A DNA stretch of 64,000 nucleotides from an uncultured virus (IMG/VR IMGVR_UViG_3300032326_001218) (IMGVR_UViG_3300032326_001218); one strand, 5' to 3'. Counted from the first letter of the stretch, positions 21,901-32,000 are shown. Made by a program: numbers and translations. Notes: generated by a model from the letters alone, not told the origin.

Positions 21901-24900
21901 TATACATCTTCGGTAATTGTATCATCTTCGTTGGCAAGAAATATATCTGCAAGTTTTGATACAATTATAAACATATTAGAAAATGGTACTGGTTCATTAC
22001 CTACTATTACTTCAAATGTAAATAATATTAAAGTAACCGATGCTACTCAATATTTAGGAGGAACACCGGCAACGCAAACGGAAGCTAATGCAATATCTGC
22101 ATCAATTTCTATTGTAACAAATATAATAGCAAATGGAACGGGTTCATTACCGATTGTAACTTTATATACATCATCAATATCATCTTCAAATGTAATAGCG
22201 GCTTATACTATTCTAAAAAATAATTTAGATTTCATAGTATCGGAAAGTATTGCATATTTAAGTTCTTCTTGGTCAACTGCATCTTACGATGAAAGTAAGT
22301 GTAAACGTGATTTAAGATTTATATTAAGTGGTTCGGCTGAAGATTTATTATGGAACGCAAATTCAGCATCAGTATTCAATGGTGTTTATTATTATCAATT
22401 CCCATCTCAAGCACAGGGTGCACAATTAAACCAAACAATTGATGGAATAAACTACGCTAGCCGTTTAGCACAAAAAATAGTATTAAATACTTTATTTGTA
22501 ACACAATCGGCGCAAATTAAAGATGCGTATAGTTTATTAGTTAATAATAAAGAATTTATTAAGAATGAAGTAATACCTTATATAAGTTCATCTTGGAGTA
22601 CACATCAATACGTTGAATCAACTTGTAAGAGAGATATAGTACACATTATAGATGCAGTTTCTACTGATTTATTATATGGTGGAAATGAGAGAACAATAAA
22701 CGCTGGAGTATTCTATTATCTATATCCATCTGAAGCAACCGGTTCACAAATAGAGGAGACTGTTACTGGTATTCAATATGCTAGAGATATTGCATTCAAA
22801 ATTATTAGAGGAAATACATTTACTAAAGTATCTCAAAATAAATTAGAAGCAAAAGAATTAATTTATAACAATAGAGAATTTATACAAAACGAAGTTATAA
22901 GTTATGTATCTGCCAGTTGGAGTACGATATCTTACAATGAATTAACTTGTAAAAGAGATGTTGGGCATATTTTAGATGCCGTAACAACTGATATAGTTTA
23001 TGGTGGTAATGAGAGAAGTATAAATGCCGGTGTATTCTATTACGAATACCCGTCACAAGCAACAACATCTCAATTGGGGGCAACATTAAGTGGAATCAAA
23101 CATGCGAAAGGTTTAACCGATAAAGTATTAAAGAACTCAACATTCGCATCGGCATCTAATTCAAATACTTCAGCATACGAATTGATATTCAATAATAAAT
23201 CATTTATACAAGATGAAACTATTGCATATCTATCTTCTTCTTGGAGTACATTCCCTTATAACCAAACTACTTGTAAGAGAGATATTGGTTATATATTAGA
23301 CGCAGTAGCGACTGATATCCTTTACGGTGGAAACGAAAGAGTGGCTGAGGCAGGAGAGTATTATTACTTATATCCTTCATTGGCAACCGTAGGTAACGAT
23401 GGTGATACCGGTGGACAATTGAATCAAACTTTAGATGGTATTAAATACGCTAAAGGAATTACTGAAAAGATTGTAGCAAATATATTATTACAATCTCCAA
23501 CAACATCTGAATTAACTGGATTTAATTTATTAACGGATAATAAGAAGTTTATACAAAGTGAATCAATCGCTTACTTATCTTCGTCTTGGAGTGGTGATGA
23601 TGGATTCTCTTATAACGAAACTACTTGTAAGAGAGATATTGGATATATTATAGATGCAGTAAGAACCGATTTATTATATGGTGGAAACGAAAGAAGTTCT
23701 AAAGCAGGTGAGTACTATTATCTATACCCATCTGCAGCAATTCTAACGGGTTCTATTTCACCAACCACCGAAACTCAAAAAGGACCTACACTTGATGGAA
23801 TACAATATGTAGCTGGTACTGCACAAAATGTAATATCAAATAAAGTATTGATAGCACCAACTGGATTTGTAACATCATCAGTTAATTTATTAAGACAGAA
23901 TAAGAAGTTTATACAAAACGAAACTGTACAATACATAGACGCATTCTTCCCTAATTTAGTTTATTTAAGAGAAAAATGTAGACGTGATGTTGGGTATATT
24001 TTAGATGCAGTTATAACTGATACTTTCTACGGTGGAAATCAAAGAAGTGTTATAGCTGGACAATATTATTATTTATATCCATCTTTAGCAACAAAGAGTA
24101 CGCAAGTTAGAGAAACTGTGGAAGGTGTTGAATACGCTAAAGCATTAGCTAAGGCAATAGCACAAAATATTAAATTAAATTCACCAACACTAACATCAAA
24201 TACTGATAATAACATAAAGGTTTCTGGTGTAACGCAATTTACATCTGCTAATAGTGGAAGCTCTGCTGAAGTAACAAATGTTTCTTCATCATTTAGTATT
24301 GTAACTAAAATTATTGAAGGTGGTGTTGAAGTAAAACCAGCAATCATATCAAATGTTGAAAATAGAATAAAAGTAAATAACATTTCTCCAATCACATCAG
24401 CAAGTGCTGCAAGTACAACTGAAATTGGTTTAATTACTGCTTCATTTAATTTGATTACTGATATTATTGAAAATGGTTCTGCATCTTTACCTGATTCATT
24501 AGTTTCTAATTTCCCATCTTTATATGGATTTAATTTAGAGACACCAAACTTATGGAATATTAGTTCAGATTCTCAAACAATTGGAACTGGAACATATCCA
24601 ATCCAAACAAATATTGCAAGTTCTTCATTTGGAAATGTGATTAATATAATTGCAAATGGTACTGGTTCAATTCCTATATTGGTAACAAACGCTAGTGGTT
24701 CAATTACAAAGACGGGATTACTACCAATTGCAAATACACAAACCGCTGGGCAATTTGAAATAAATAAAGTATCATCTGGATTTGGGATTATTTTGGATAT
24801 CGTAGAAAACGGAATTGATGTAATTTCTACAATTACACCGAATGCATCGTCATCTATAAAAATAACCGAAACTCCACAAATTATAAGTGGAAGTGGTGGG

Positions 24901-27900
24901 GCAAGATTGCAAGGTAAATTAGTATCAGCATCTTTTGCAACTGTGATTGATGTGTTATTAAACAATGGAACATCTTCTATTGGATTTAGACCATCAACAT
25001 TCCCAATAGCAAATTCAAATACAAAGATAAATTCGGCATATAACTTATTAGTAAGTAACTCTAAATTTATAGTTGATGAAACTATTGCATATATGAGTTC
25101 GTCTTGGAGTGCATTTGAATATACTCAAAGTAAGTGTGAAAGAGATTTAGCAGGAATTATTAGTGGTTCGGCATTTGACCTTTTATATGGCGGTAATTCA
25201 GCATCTTTATTTAATGGTAAGTTCTATTTTGATTATCCATCCCAAGCTACTGGTTCACAATTAGACCAAACTATAACTGCATTAAAGTACGCAAGTGGTG
25301 TGGCTGAAAAAGTTGTACAAAATATTTTATTAACACATATATCAGCATCTGCTACTATATCAGCATCTTTTGAAGCACTTACTAAAAATAAGGCATTTAT
25401 TCAAAGTGAAAGTATTGCGTATGTAAGTTCTTCTTGGAGTGAGTTTGGATATGATGAGATTAAATGTGCTAGAGATATTGGATACATTGTAGATGCAGTA
25501 AGAACCGATTTATTATATGGTGGAAATGAAAGAAGTGTAGTGGCTGGTAAATATTATTATGATTTCCCATCTCAAGCTACCGATTCTCAATTAGAACCAA
25601 CTTTAACTGGTATTAGATACGCAAAAGGATTGGCATTGAATGTAATTAAAAATGTACAATTCTATGTAACTTCATCTTCTACTATAAATTCTTATAATTC
25701 AATTAGAAACAATAAGAAGTTTATTCAAAGTGAAAGTGTTGCTTATATAAATGCTAAATACCCTGATTTCTACTACAATGAAGAAACTTGTAAGAGAGAT
25801 GTTGGATATATAATTGATGCGGTGGCAACTGATTTACTATATGGTGGAAATGAGAGAAGTAACAAAGCTGGTGAGTTCTATTACTTATACCCATCCGAAG
25901 CTACCGGTACTCAATTGACCGAAACAATAGATGGAATTAAATACGCAGCTAGATTAGTATCTGCTTCTATAAACAATTGGTTGATACCTACACCTGTATC
26001 TCAATCATCTGGTTTAACTCCATCAAACGATTTATTAAAGATTGCGGCATACGATTTATTAACTCAAAACATAGGATTTATCCAAAGTGAGAGTATTTCA
26101 TTCTTATCATCTTCTTGGAGTGGATTTGAATATGATAGTTCGGTATGTTCTAGAGATATTAGATACATTGTTGAGGCAGTAGCGGGTGATATCCTTTATG
26201 GTGGAAATCATAGTAGTTCATTAGCTGGAATTTATTATTGGGATATTCCATCAAAAGTTACTGGTTCTCAATTAGACCCAACCGTAACGGCAATTGATTA
26301 CGCAAAAGGTTTAGCAACTAAATTAGTTCAGAATCTTTCATTTAATACTGCTTCATTGGATGTTTCATCATCGGTAGCATTATTAAGAAACAATAGAACA
26401 TTTATTGTAAGTGAAAGTATGGCTTACTTAACTGCAAGTTGGAGCACTTTTGAATATGATAAGGTAAAATGTGCTAGAGATTTAGGATACATATTAGATG
26501 CGGCAACTACTGATTTATTATACGGAGGAAACGAAAGAAGTGTAATAGCTGGTGACTTCTATTACAAATATCCATCAAAAGCAATCTTATTGGGAGATGG
26601 TGATGGTGTTGGACAATTAGGACAAACGGTTGATGGTATTAAATATGCAAGTAGAGTAGCACAAAAGATTGTGGGTGGTGCTATATTCGTAACCGCATCA
26701 ATTGAAGCATCTGCATCATTTGATTTGTTGAGAAAAAATAAGGCGTTTGTTGCAGAAGAAACAATTAAATATGTATCTTCATCTTGGAGTAGTGTATATT
26801 ATAACGAAGCAACTTGTAAGAGAGATGTTGGATATCTAATAGATGCAGCGGCAACCGATGTGTTATATGGTGGACAAGAAAGAAGTGTAATAGCAGGGCA
26901 GTATTATTATTTATATCCTTCTAACGCTATTAATTCAGGTGTTCCATCAACCCAAAACCAATTAGACCCAACACTTACTGGTATCAGATATGCTGGAAAA
27001 TTATCTAAAAAGGTAATAACCAATCCAACATATTTAGTACCTTCGGCATCTTTACTAACAACCGCGAAATTGTTGACAGATAATAAAGAATTAATACAAA
27101 AAGAAACTATAACATTCTTATCTTCATCTTGGAGTGGATTAAAGTACAATGAAGTAAGTTGTTCTCGTGATTTAGGATTTATCATAGACGCAATTAGAAC
27201 TGACTTAGTTTATGGTGGTAATGAAAGAAGTATTGAAGCGGGTTCTTACTACTACAAGTTCCCATCAGTAGCAATAGTAGATAGTTATAGTGATAATAAT
27301 GGACAAAAGAAACAAACGGTAGATGGTATTAACTTTGCAAGAGGACTTTCTGAAAAGATAGTTGCAAATACGTTATTAACTTATTTGGCTCCATCAACTA
27401 AAAGAAGACAAGCGGCAGAACGATTAAAACTTGGTAAAGAAGAATTAAAGCAAAGAGCAATTGGATACACAAATGGAGCATTCCCATATTTAGTATATAA
27501 TGAGGCAAGTTGTTCACGTGATACTGGATTTATTGTAGATGCGTGTGTAACCGATTTATTATATGGTGGAAATGAGAGAGGAATTAGAGCGGCATCTTCA
27601 TACTACGATGGACAATATGGAAGTGCAATTGCAGTGACTAGAGACCAATTATTAGAAACTCTTGAAACTAATAGATATTTAAGAACAAGAGCAGAGTTTA
27701 TAGCAGCGGGTGCACCATTGGAATCATTTGGTTCATTGATTGTGGCAACTGGTATTGACTACTCTTATAATGGTAGTGGTGTGACATTCAAAGCATTACC
27801 TCCAAATCAGGGTGGTAGTGGTGTTGCAAATCCAGCATTTGAAATTACCGAATTGGGTGGTGGTAGAATCTTCTTTACCTCTGGTAACCAAGATGGTGAC

Positions 27901-28017
27901 TTTAGAATTGGTACTGGTTTAAGTATTAATCAGGCAACTGGTACTCTTGTGGGTAGAACATTTAGTAAATCTCTATTCTCATTAGTAACTCCGTTCTCAT
28001 TGGCACTACAAATTTAA
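15952..28017 (+). CDS. Giant 4021-aa virion protein: pectin-lyase-like beta-helix, 21 phycobiliprotein-like CxRD repeats and a degenerate cupredoxin-like domain
   Basis: LYVSSTDGDDTNDG...LRTIKRA...IKVQAGTY-E--P beta-helix start; 21 repeats of L..N..FI..E...Y.SSSWS...Y.E..CxRD.G.I.DAV.TDL.YGGNERS..AG.YYY.YPS; intact frame. Confidence 0.85.
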   Translation: MARLIPRKQIEEQQDISSSLNIRQNVNVGNDAIISGSLFVSKSFFLGTETGSKSEITGSVFLTGSLTIDGQLKVAAPETVLAVTASNTLLAVDTQRYAGILAKDFGANVPTLYVSSTDGDDTNDGRSIQYPLRTIKRAASLASPGYDGRYGFDTGSIFNGYVIKVQAGTYLEDNPVILPKNTTIWGAGLRITKINAKNPTEDLFYVNSGCYIAEVTMGGLRLYPDQINPEKGFAVAFQPGAFITTSPYVQNCSQISNQENSFTELYEDIPPGGGGLYVNGDVIDPDSPLASMVLDAYTQISPNGVGCLVNGRGFIQLVSFFNNFSYYSIRVNNGGHATLNNSNISFGLYGMYASGSRFISGSGGNIAARDSVRGTWSCVVDVLNKGLENGLPTITKLNTDEGIRLTSPALYTQSRVSAGTSLSTAAAEEISADYKLISAIVDSGVSNFPTLLAKSSIKGYGFDSPYNILGAEQITSSISASNADLVQISASYAAILSILANGTGSFNFRPNTSASRQIGNDVIQPIGSVATNYTSSVSASFNNIINIIKSGLSAKPTFISNTSASIKAGNTEQVMLGVTSSLATINSVSASFSIVYNILANGTGSNILPIPNNHQKSFVITNTNSSSFDFEGIGSNPTLTLFRGETYKFNVDAIETFGGIEYPFWIRTQQIEGISEKFDYNIGMVNNGDSRGTITFTVPYNAPNKLYYVSQNRSSMGGEINIVNSSTTPFELIRNTLTYPATIQSGSIAKTAIDIITAYEILVNNKEFIKDEVIQFVSSSWSEFYYPEETCKRDVGYIIDGVAKDLLFGGNEESIRNGLFYYQFPSEATTTQLGPTLTAVKHAAGVALNLIRGRVYVEPNNEVIDVWDTIRDNRTFIQNEVITYLSSSWSNFYYNEVKCRRDTGYILDAVATDVKYGGNERGITAGEYYYLYPSLAIVQGDGDGVGQLGQTVDGIRYASGLVDNLLKGKTFTSPNASTLSAYNNLINNKELIQNETIQFINVAFPNLKYNQATCRRDVGYIVDNVATDLLYGGLERGVIAGRYYYDFPSQATRTQKSSTIAGIRYAKIIGDTIVQNQILDTPRIVYNDERNFRLSGLTNITSSFGGGTIEQTSVGNSFSIIEGIVARGLGSIKSLLAQNTGLNWNKYNPINVTTGSQITSSYTTPDEVDKIGKSFDIVNTIIGGGLAAEPLFTSSQANAIAVTGTPQITASLAVSGSVTSSISASIAYVATIITNGTGSLGALVSNLNSNVKVTNTPQYITGSGYYGTSTESTQLSSSIKIITDILEGGLSFVPTLISNVSASIKVTNVPQYISSSYSASVNDVNFISSSISIVTKIIEGGEFSAPTFQPYTNRITSSNSVAAYEILKNNIPFIQNETIAYLSSSWAGFEYDETKCRRDLGFILSGSAEDLIWNANSASIFNGLFYWEFPSQAQGAQLQQTLDGINYASRLAQKVIQNIEFTAVGNDALNAATLLVNNKTFIQDETIAYLSSSWSEHPYNETTCKRDVGHIIDAIRTDLVYGGNERSRNAGVFYYLYPSEATGSQLLPTLDGINYAGRMIQKIVTGSVFVSADGNKVNASNLILRNKNLIANEVVAYVSSSWSEAEYNQAKCLRDTKYILDAVRTDLVYGGNERTRFAGEYYYRYPSAAIVGGVPSATQQLDPTITGVNYANQLVQNIIKNVVLSAPSTSVLNAASLLKTNRAFLQQNTVDYANETYPNLDYIESKCYRDAGFIVDAVITDLVYGGNERSITAGRFYYLYPSQATGVQSEETIDSLNFTKGLAKLVAIGGKEIEDGFDIVSKVIESGSNTAPNVVLNTTAGIKATNAQQITSSILVVANDKSIVSASFGNVLNIVSNGTGSIPTNIVKNTNRGVNVLGGTQITSSITPANSEKTKVTTGFDIVLDIVENGTGSIPTIVTNVNSLIKRTTTNSYITTASISSTYLTSSNNNFDIVLDIVENGTGSLPTLIKNVDGLVKITDTNQYTSSVIVSSSLARNISASFDTIINILENGTGSLPTITSNVNNIKVTDATQYLGGTPATQTEANAISASISIVTNIIANGTGSLPIVTLYTSSISSSNVIAAYTILKNNLDFIVSESIAYLSSSWSTASYDESKCKRDLRFILSGSAEDLLWNANSASVFNGVYYYQFPSQAQGAQLNQTIDGINYASRLAQKIVLNTLFVTQSAQIKDAYSLLVNNKEFIKNEVIPYISSSWSTHQYVESTCKRDIVHIIDAVSTDLLYGGNERTINAGVFYYLYPSEATGSQIEETVTGIQYARDIAFKIIRGNTFTKVSQNKLEAKELIYNNREFIQNEVISYVSASWSTISYNELTCKRDVGHILDAVTTDIVYGGNERSINAGVFYYEYPSQATTSQLGATLSGIKHAKGLTDKVLKNSTFASASNSNTSAYELIFNNKSFIQDETIAYLSSSWSTFPYNQTTCKRDIGYILDAVATDILYGGNERVAEAGEYYYLYPSLATVGNDGDTGGQLNQTLDGIKYAKGITEKIVANILLQSPTTSELTGFNLLTDNKKFIQSESIAYLSSSWSGDDGFSYNETTCKRDIGYIIDAVRTDLLYGGNERSSKAGEYYYLYPSAAILTGSISPTTETQKGPTLDGIQYVAGTAQNVISNKVLIAPTGFVTSSVNLLRQNKKFIQNETVQYIDAFFPNLVYLREKCRRDVGYILDAVITDTFYGGNQRSVIAGQYYYLYPSLATKSTQVRETVEGVEYAKALAKAIAQNIKLNSPTLTSNTDNNIKVSGVTQFTSANSGSSAEVTNVSSSFSIVTKIIEGGVEVKPAIISNVENRIKVNNISPITSASAASTTEIGLITASFNLITDIIENGSASLPDSLVSNFPSLYGFNLETPNLWNISSDSQTIGTGTYPIQTNIASSSFGNVINIIANGTGSIPILVTNASGSITKTGLLPIANTQTAGQFEINKVSSGFGIILDIVENGIDVISTITPNASSSIKITETPQIISGSGGARLQGKLVSASFATVIDVLLNNGTSSIGFRPSTFPIANSNTKINSAYNLLVSNSKFIVDETIAYMSSSWSAFEYTQSKCERDLAGIISGSAFDLLYGGNSASLFNGKFYFDYPSQATGSQLDQTITALKYASGVAEKVVQNILLTHISASATISASFEALTKNKAFIQSESIAYVSSSWSEFGYDEIKCARDIGYIVDAVRTDLLYGGNERSVVAGKYYYDFPSQATDSQLEPTLTGIRYAKGLALNVIKNVQFYVTSSSTINSYNSIRNNKKFIQSESVAYINAKYPDFYYNEETCKRDVGYIIDAVATDLLYGGNERSNKAGEFYYLYPSEATGTQLTETIDGIKYAARLVSASINNWLIPTPVSQSSGLTPSNDLLKIAAYDLLTQNIGFIQSESISFLSSSWSGFEYDSSVCSRDIRYIVEAVAGDILYGGNHSSSLAGIYYWDIPSKVTGSQLDPTVTAIDYAKGLATKLVQNLSFNTASLDVSSSVALLRNNRTFIVSESMAYLTASWSTFEYDKVKCARDLGYILDAATTDLLYGGNERSVIAGDFYYKYPSKAILLGDGDGVGQLGQTVDGIKYASRVAQKIVGGAIFVTASIEASASFDLLRKNKAFVAEETIKYVSSSWSSVYYNEATCKRDVGYLIDAAATDVLYGGQERSVIAGQYYYLYPSNAINSGVPSTQNQLDPTLTGIRYAGKLSKKVITNPTYLVPSASLLTTAKLLTDNKELIQKETITFLSSSWSGLKYNEVSCSRDLGFIIDAIRTDLVYGGNERSIEAGSYYYKFPSVAIVDSYSDNNGQKKQTVDGINFARGLSEKIVANTLLTYLAPSTKRRQAAERLKLGKEELKQRAIGYTNGAFPYLVYNEASCSRDTGFIVDACVTDLLYGGNERGIRAASSYYDGQYGSAIAVTRDQLLETLETNRYLRTRAEFIAAGAPLESFGSLIVATGIDYSYNGSGVTFKALPPNQGGSGVANPAFEITELGGGRIFFTSGNQDGDFRIGTGLSINQATGTLVGRTFSKSLFSLVTPFSLALQI
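18217..27690 (+). repeat. 21 internal ~108-aa CxRD repeats in four blocks (3, 4, 6, 8)
   Basis: Cys codons at 18322, 18646, 18991, 20137, 20461, 20785, 21130, 22300, 22624, 22948, 23272, 23626, 23977, 25135, 25465, 25789, 26146, 26470, 26815, 27160, 27511; spacing is often exactly 324 nt. Confidence 0.95.
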
Positions 28018-28045
28018 AAAAAAAAGAAAATAAAAATAAAAAGAA

Positions 28046-28963
28046 ATGGCAGAAGTTTTTGTACCCTTAAATCGGTTTCAGTCAGTAGTATCGGGATTGA
28101 CCGGAGAACAAGATGAAATATATGCAACTCCTCTTGGGGTATCATCTATTGTACTGTCTTGTCAAATTACAAATAATAGTTTGGTAACACAACCCGTTAC
28201 TATATTAGTAACATCTAATAGAGAATTACCGGTTCCTAATTTTGAAGGTCTTTTAATAAGCGGTTCTTTTTATAGTGGCTCTACATCTTTGGAAAATTTT
28301 AGTGGAAGTTTTGCTAGTGCATCTTTGTTACTAAATGCGAACAGACAATTTTTAAGAAAAGAAATAGCAGCATACACACAAAATCAAAATAGTTTATCAG
28401 AAACTCCATTTACTTTTATATCATCTTATTTTGAACAAAACACATTAGATGATGTTGATGCAATAAAATATGATATAGTTAATAACACAACAATCAGAAC
28501 AAATAAAGCAGCAAAAGCATACTTTGATAAAAATGGAGTATCTGCGATTGCAACAACCGAATATTCGGCTTCTATATTTGCTTTAGATTATTTAAAAGTA
28601 TTATCTAATCAAATTATAAAAAATCAATCAACAACTGGCTCGGCCGATTCTCCATTATTATTTCAAAATGTAGTTACTCAATCAGTACTAACTGGATTTA
28701 CAAATGGAACTCAAGCCGGAATTTCGGCATCTATCTATTTGGTTAATAGTTTAGTAGATGTTATCAAAGCAACTATTGAAAATCCAACATTTGTTGAACA
28801 ACCGCCAGTTGAATTGGTGACAAATGTAACAATACCAGTAGCAGATTCACTTTCACCGGTGGTTTCTGGTAAATTGGTACTAGAAGAAGGTTACGGATTT
28901 ATAGTTTCCGGCTCAACCAAGCTATCGGTAGTTCTATCTCTACTTGAATCTGCTAATGAATAA
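28046..28963 (+). CDS. Fibre partner protein, paralogue of 41525..41857, with one inserted Cys-less helical repeat
   Basis: N- and C-termini align with the 110-aa ORF (IY..P....IV....I.N and LV..V.I....S.....KLVLE); the middle (LLLNANRQFLRKEIAAY...DAIKYDI...ALDYLK.L) resembles the repeat of the upstream giant protein. Confidence 0.7.
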   Translation: MAEVFVPLNRFQSVVSGLTGEQDEIYATPLGVSSIVLSCQITNNSLVTQPVTILVTSNRELPVPNFEGLLISGSFYSGSTSLENFSGSFASASLLLNANRQFLRKEIAAYTQNQNSLSETPFTFISSYFEQNTLDDVDAIKYDIVNNTTIRTNKAAKAYFDKNGVSAIATTEYSASIFALDYLKVLSNQIIKNQSTTGSADSPLLFQNVVTQSVLTGFTNGTQAGISASIYLVNSLVDVIKATIENPTFVEQPPVELVTNVTIPVADSLSPVVSGKLVLEEGYGFIVSGSTKLSVVLSLLESANE

Positions 28964-28981
28964 CGATAATATTATCTATTA

Positions 28982-29011
28982 ATATTTATAGGTGATTTTT
29001 TTGATATTTAT
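28982..29011 (+). promoter_or_regulatory. Two ATATTTAT motifs (28982-28989 and 29004-29011)
   Basis: Both lie upstream of ATG 29032; the second is 20 nt before it. Confidence 0.65.
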
Positions 29012-29031
29012 AATAAAGCTGGAAAGTACGA

Positions 29032-32000
29032 ATGGCAATTAGTAATCTATTATCAGGTAGGGTAAGGGTAGTATCCCCAAAAAACGTAACACAAGACAGG
29101 TATCAATTCGTTGATTTATCTCAAGTTGAACCAAATTTGGGTGTTCCAAATTTTAGTGCCTCACTTTCCGGTTCTCCGGCTATCGTAGTTTCGGATGACC
29201 AAGGTAATAGAGGATTTGTAAGAAGTTTAGATTTAGATAGAGTAACCGGACAATTTACTGGTTCTTTTACTGGTAGTGCTGAATCTTTAAGCGGTAGTTT
29301 TACTGGTTCATTTTCTGGCTCATTTTCTGGTTCTTATTTTGGTGATGGTGCTGGTTTAATTAATTTACCAGACACAATACGTTTAGCTAGTGGTTCTGCA
29401 ACCGCATCAATTTCTCCTAATTTTGGATTACAAATAAATGTTGATACAACGATTGCAGAAAATTTATATGTATCAAAATCAATATATGCTGAACAATTAG
29501 TTGTTAGTATAATTTCTTCATCTGTAATATACTCATCCGGTTCAAACAAATTTGGTGATGAGTTAAGTGATAAACAAGAATTTACCGGTAGTGTAACAAT
29601 TACAGGTTCTTTAGCTGTAGAAAATCAAATTATATTTGGCGAAGCAAGTGGTTCTTCTATATCAGCATCATTTACTGGTTCTTATTTTGGAGATGGTGCC
29701 GGATTATTTAATTTACCACAAGCTACAAAATTAGCAAGTGGTAGTGTAACTGCATCTGTTAGTCCTGAAAATGGATTTGTAGTAACTTCAATAGAGAGTG
29801 GTTCTATATTTAGTGGTAGTGTAAAATTATCATCTGGTTCATTTTTTAGTGGTTCTGGTAGATTCCTATTTGATATACCTGAATCCGCTTTATCATTTGC
29901 ACCTTTTAGAATTGCAAGTGGCTCGGTAACAGCATCTGTTTCTCCTGTATTTGGGTTTAGAGTTGAATCTGCTGCGAGTGGTTCTGAATTTACTGGTAGT
30001 ATTAAATTGGCATCCGGTTCATTCTTTAGTGGTAGTGGTAGATTCCTATTTGATATTCCAGAATCTGCACTCTCTTTTGCACCTTTTAGAATTGCAAGTG
30101 GTAGTGTAACAGCATCTGTTTCTCCTGTATTTGGGTTTAGAGTTGAATCTGCGGAGAATGGTTCTGAATTTACCGGTAGTGTTGATATAAGTGGTTCGGT
30201 AAATGTTAATGGTGATGTAACCGCATCTTTCTTTGTGGGAGATGGTAGTAAATTAACAAATGTACCATCGCTTGTTGCACCTAGAATTGCAAGTGGTTCT
30301 GCTACCGCATCAATATCACCTGATAAAGGATTAGAAGTTAATACATCTGTTACAATAGCGGGTTATTTGGTAGCAACTGGTTCAATTTCGGCATCACAAT
30401 TTAGTGGTAGTGGTAGAGGATTATTTGATATACCTCGTTCGGCATTATCAGAAGAAGTATTTAGAATTGCAAGTGGTAGTGTAACTGCATCTGTTAGTCC
30501 TGATGAAGGATTTAGAGTAATATCAGCAGATAGTGGTTCTCAATTTACCGGTTCCTTAATTGTAAGTGGTAATATATCACTAACTTCTGGTTCATCGTTT
30601 AGCGGTAGTGGTGAAAGATTATTTAATATTCCTAGAACGGCTTTAGCTCCAGATGCATTAATTTCAAATTTAATTGCAAGTGGTAGTGTAACTGCATCCG
30701 TAACCGATGTGGACGGTTTCGTTGTAAAATCGGTTGCAAGTGGTTCAACGTTTAGTGGTAGTGTTTTCTTATCATCTGGTTCATTCTTTAGTGGTAGTGG
30801 TGAAAGATTATTTAATATACCTCGTTCGGCTATTTCTAATTTAGATGTTAATTTAATTTTCTCTGGCTCTGCAACCGCATCTATTGACCCGGTAAAAGGA
30901 TTTAATGTAAACATTTATAGTAAGTTTAGTGGAAGTATGATTGTTTCATCTTCAAACTATCCAATTCCAAGTCAATCATTAAATACCGTATTTGATGTAA
31001 CCAATGGCGGATTTAGTTCGTATGTGTTTACTAATGCAATAAGTGGAATAAATCCAACATTAACGTTAGTAAGAGGTGTTACTTATACCTTTAATATAAG
31101 TGCAAGTGGACATCCGTTTTGGATAAAATCCGGAAGTGTTCAAACAGGAACTGGAGGTTCATATAATACGGGTGTTACGAATAATGGAACTGATAATGGA
31201 ACTATTACATTTAGTTTGGATGAATTAACACCTAGTAACTTATACTACGTTTGCCAGAATCATAGTGCAATGCAAGGTAGTATCAATGTTGTTAATTCAA
31301 TTGAAATACCTGCCGAAATTACATTTATTGGAAAAACCAATATAACAGGAAGTTTAGGAGTAAGTGGGAGTGTATTTTTAGGAAGTGGTTCATTCTTCTC
31401 CGGTAGTGGTAGAGGATTATTTGATATTCCACTATCAGCATTTACTGGTGATGCATTTAGAATTGCAAGTGGTAGTGTAACTGCATCGGTTTCACCTGCT
31501 TACGGATTTAGAGTAGAATCTTTGCAACTTGGAAGTGAATTGACAGGTAGTGTTAGAGTATCGGGTTCACTTACTGCTGAAAGAATATTTTCACCTGAAT
31601 TTAGCGGTTCTTTTGAAGGTGATGGTAGTAGATTAAGAAATGTACCATCAATAGAAGGAACGAGAATTGTATCTGGATCTGTAACTGCATCTGTTTCTCC
31701 TGTATATGGATTTAGATTAGAAGGGGCTAATAGAGCAGAATTTTCATCATCAATATTAGTAAGTGGGAGTGTAGAAATATCATCTGGCTCATCGTTTAGT
31801 GGAAGTGGTCAAAGATTATTTAATATACCAAGAACAGCACTTGCTCCTGATGCACTATTTAGTGAAAAAATTGTTAGTGGTAGTGTAACTGCATCCGTTT
31901 CACCAAATGAAGGATTTGTAGTAACCTCAATAGAGAGTGGTTCTATATTTTATGGAGAGGTAAAAGTAATAAGTGGTTCTTCGTTCTCTGGTAGTGGTAG

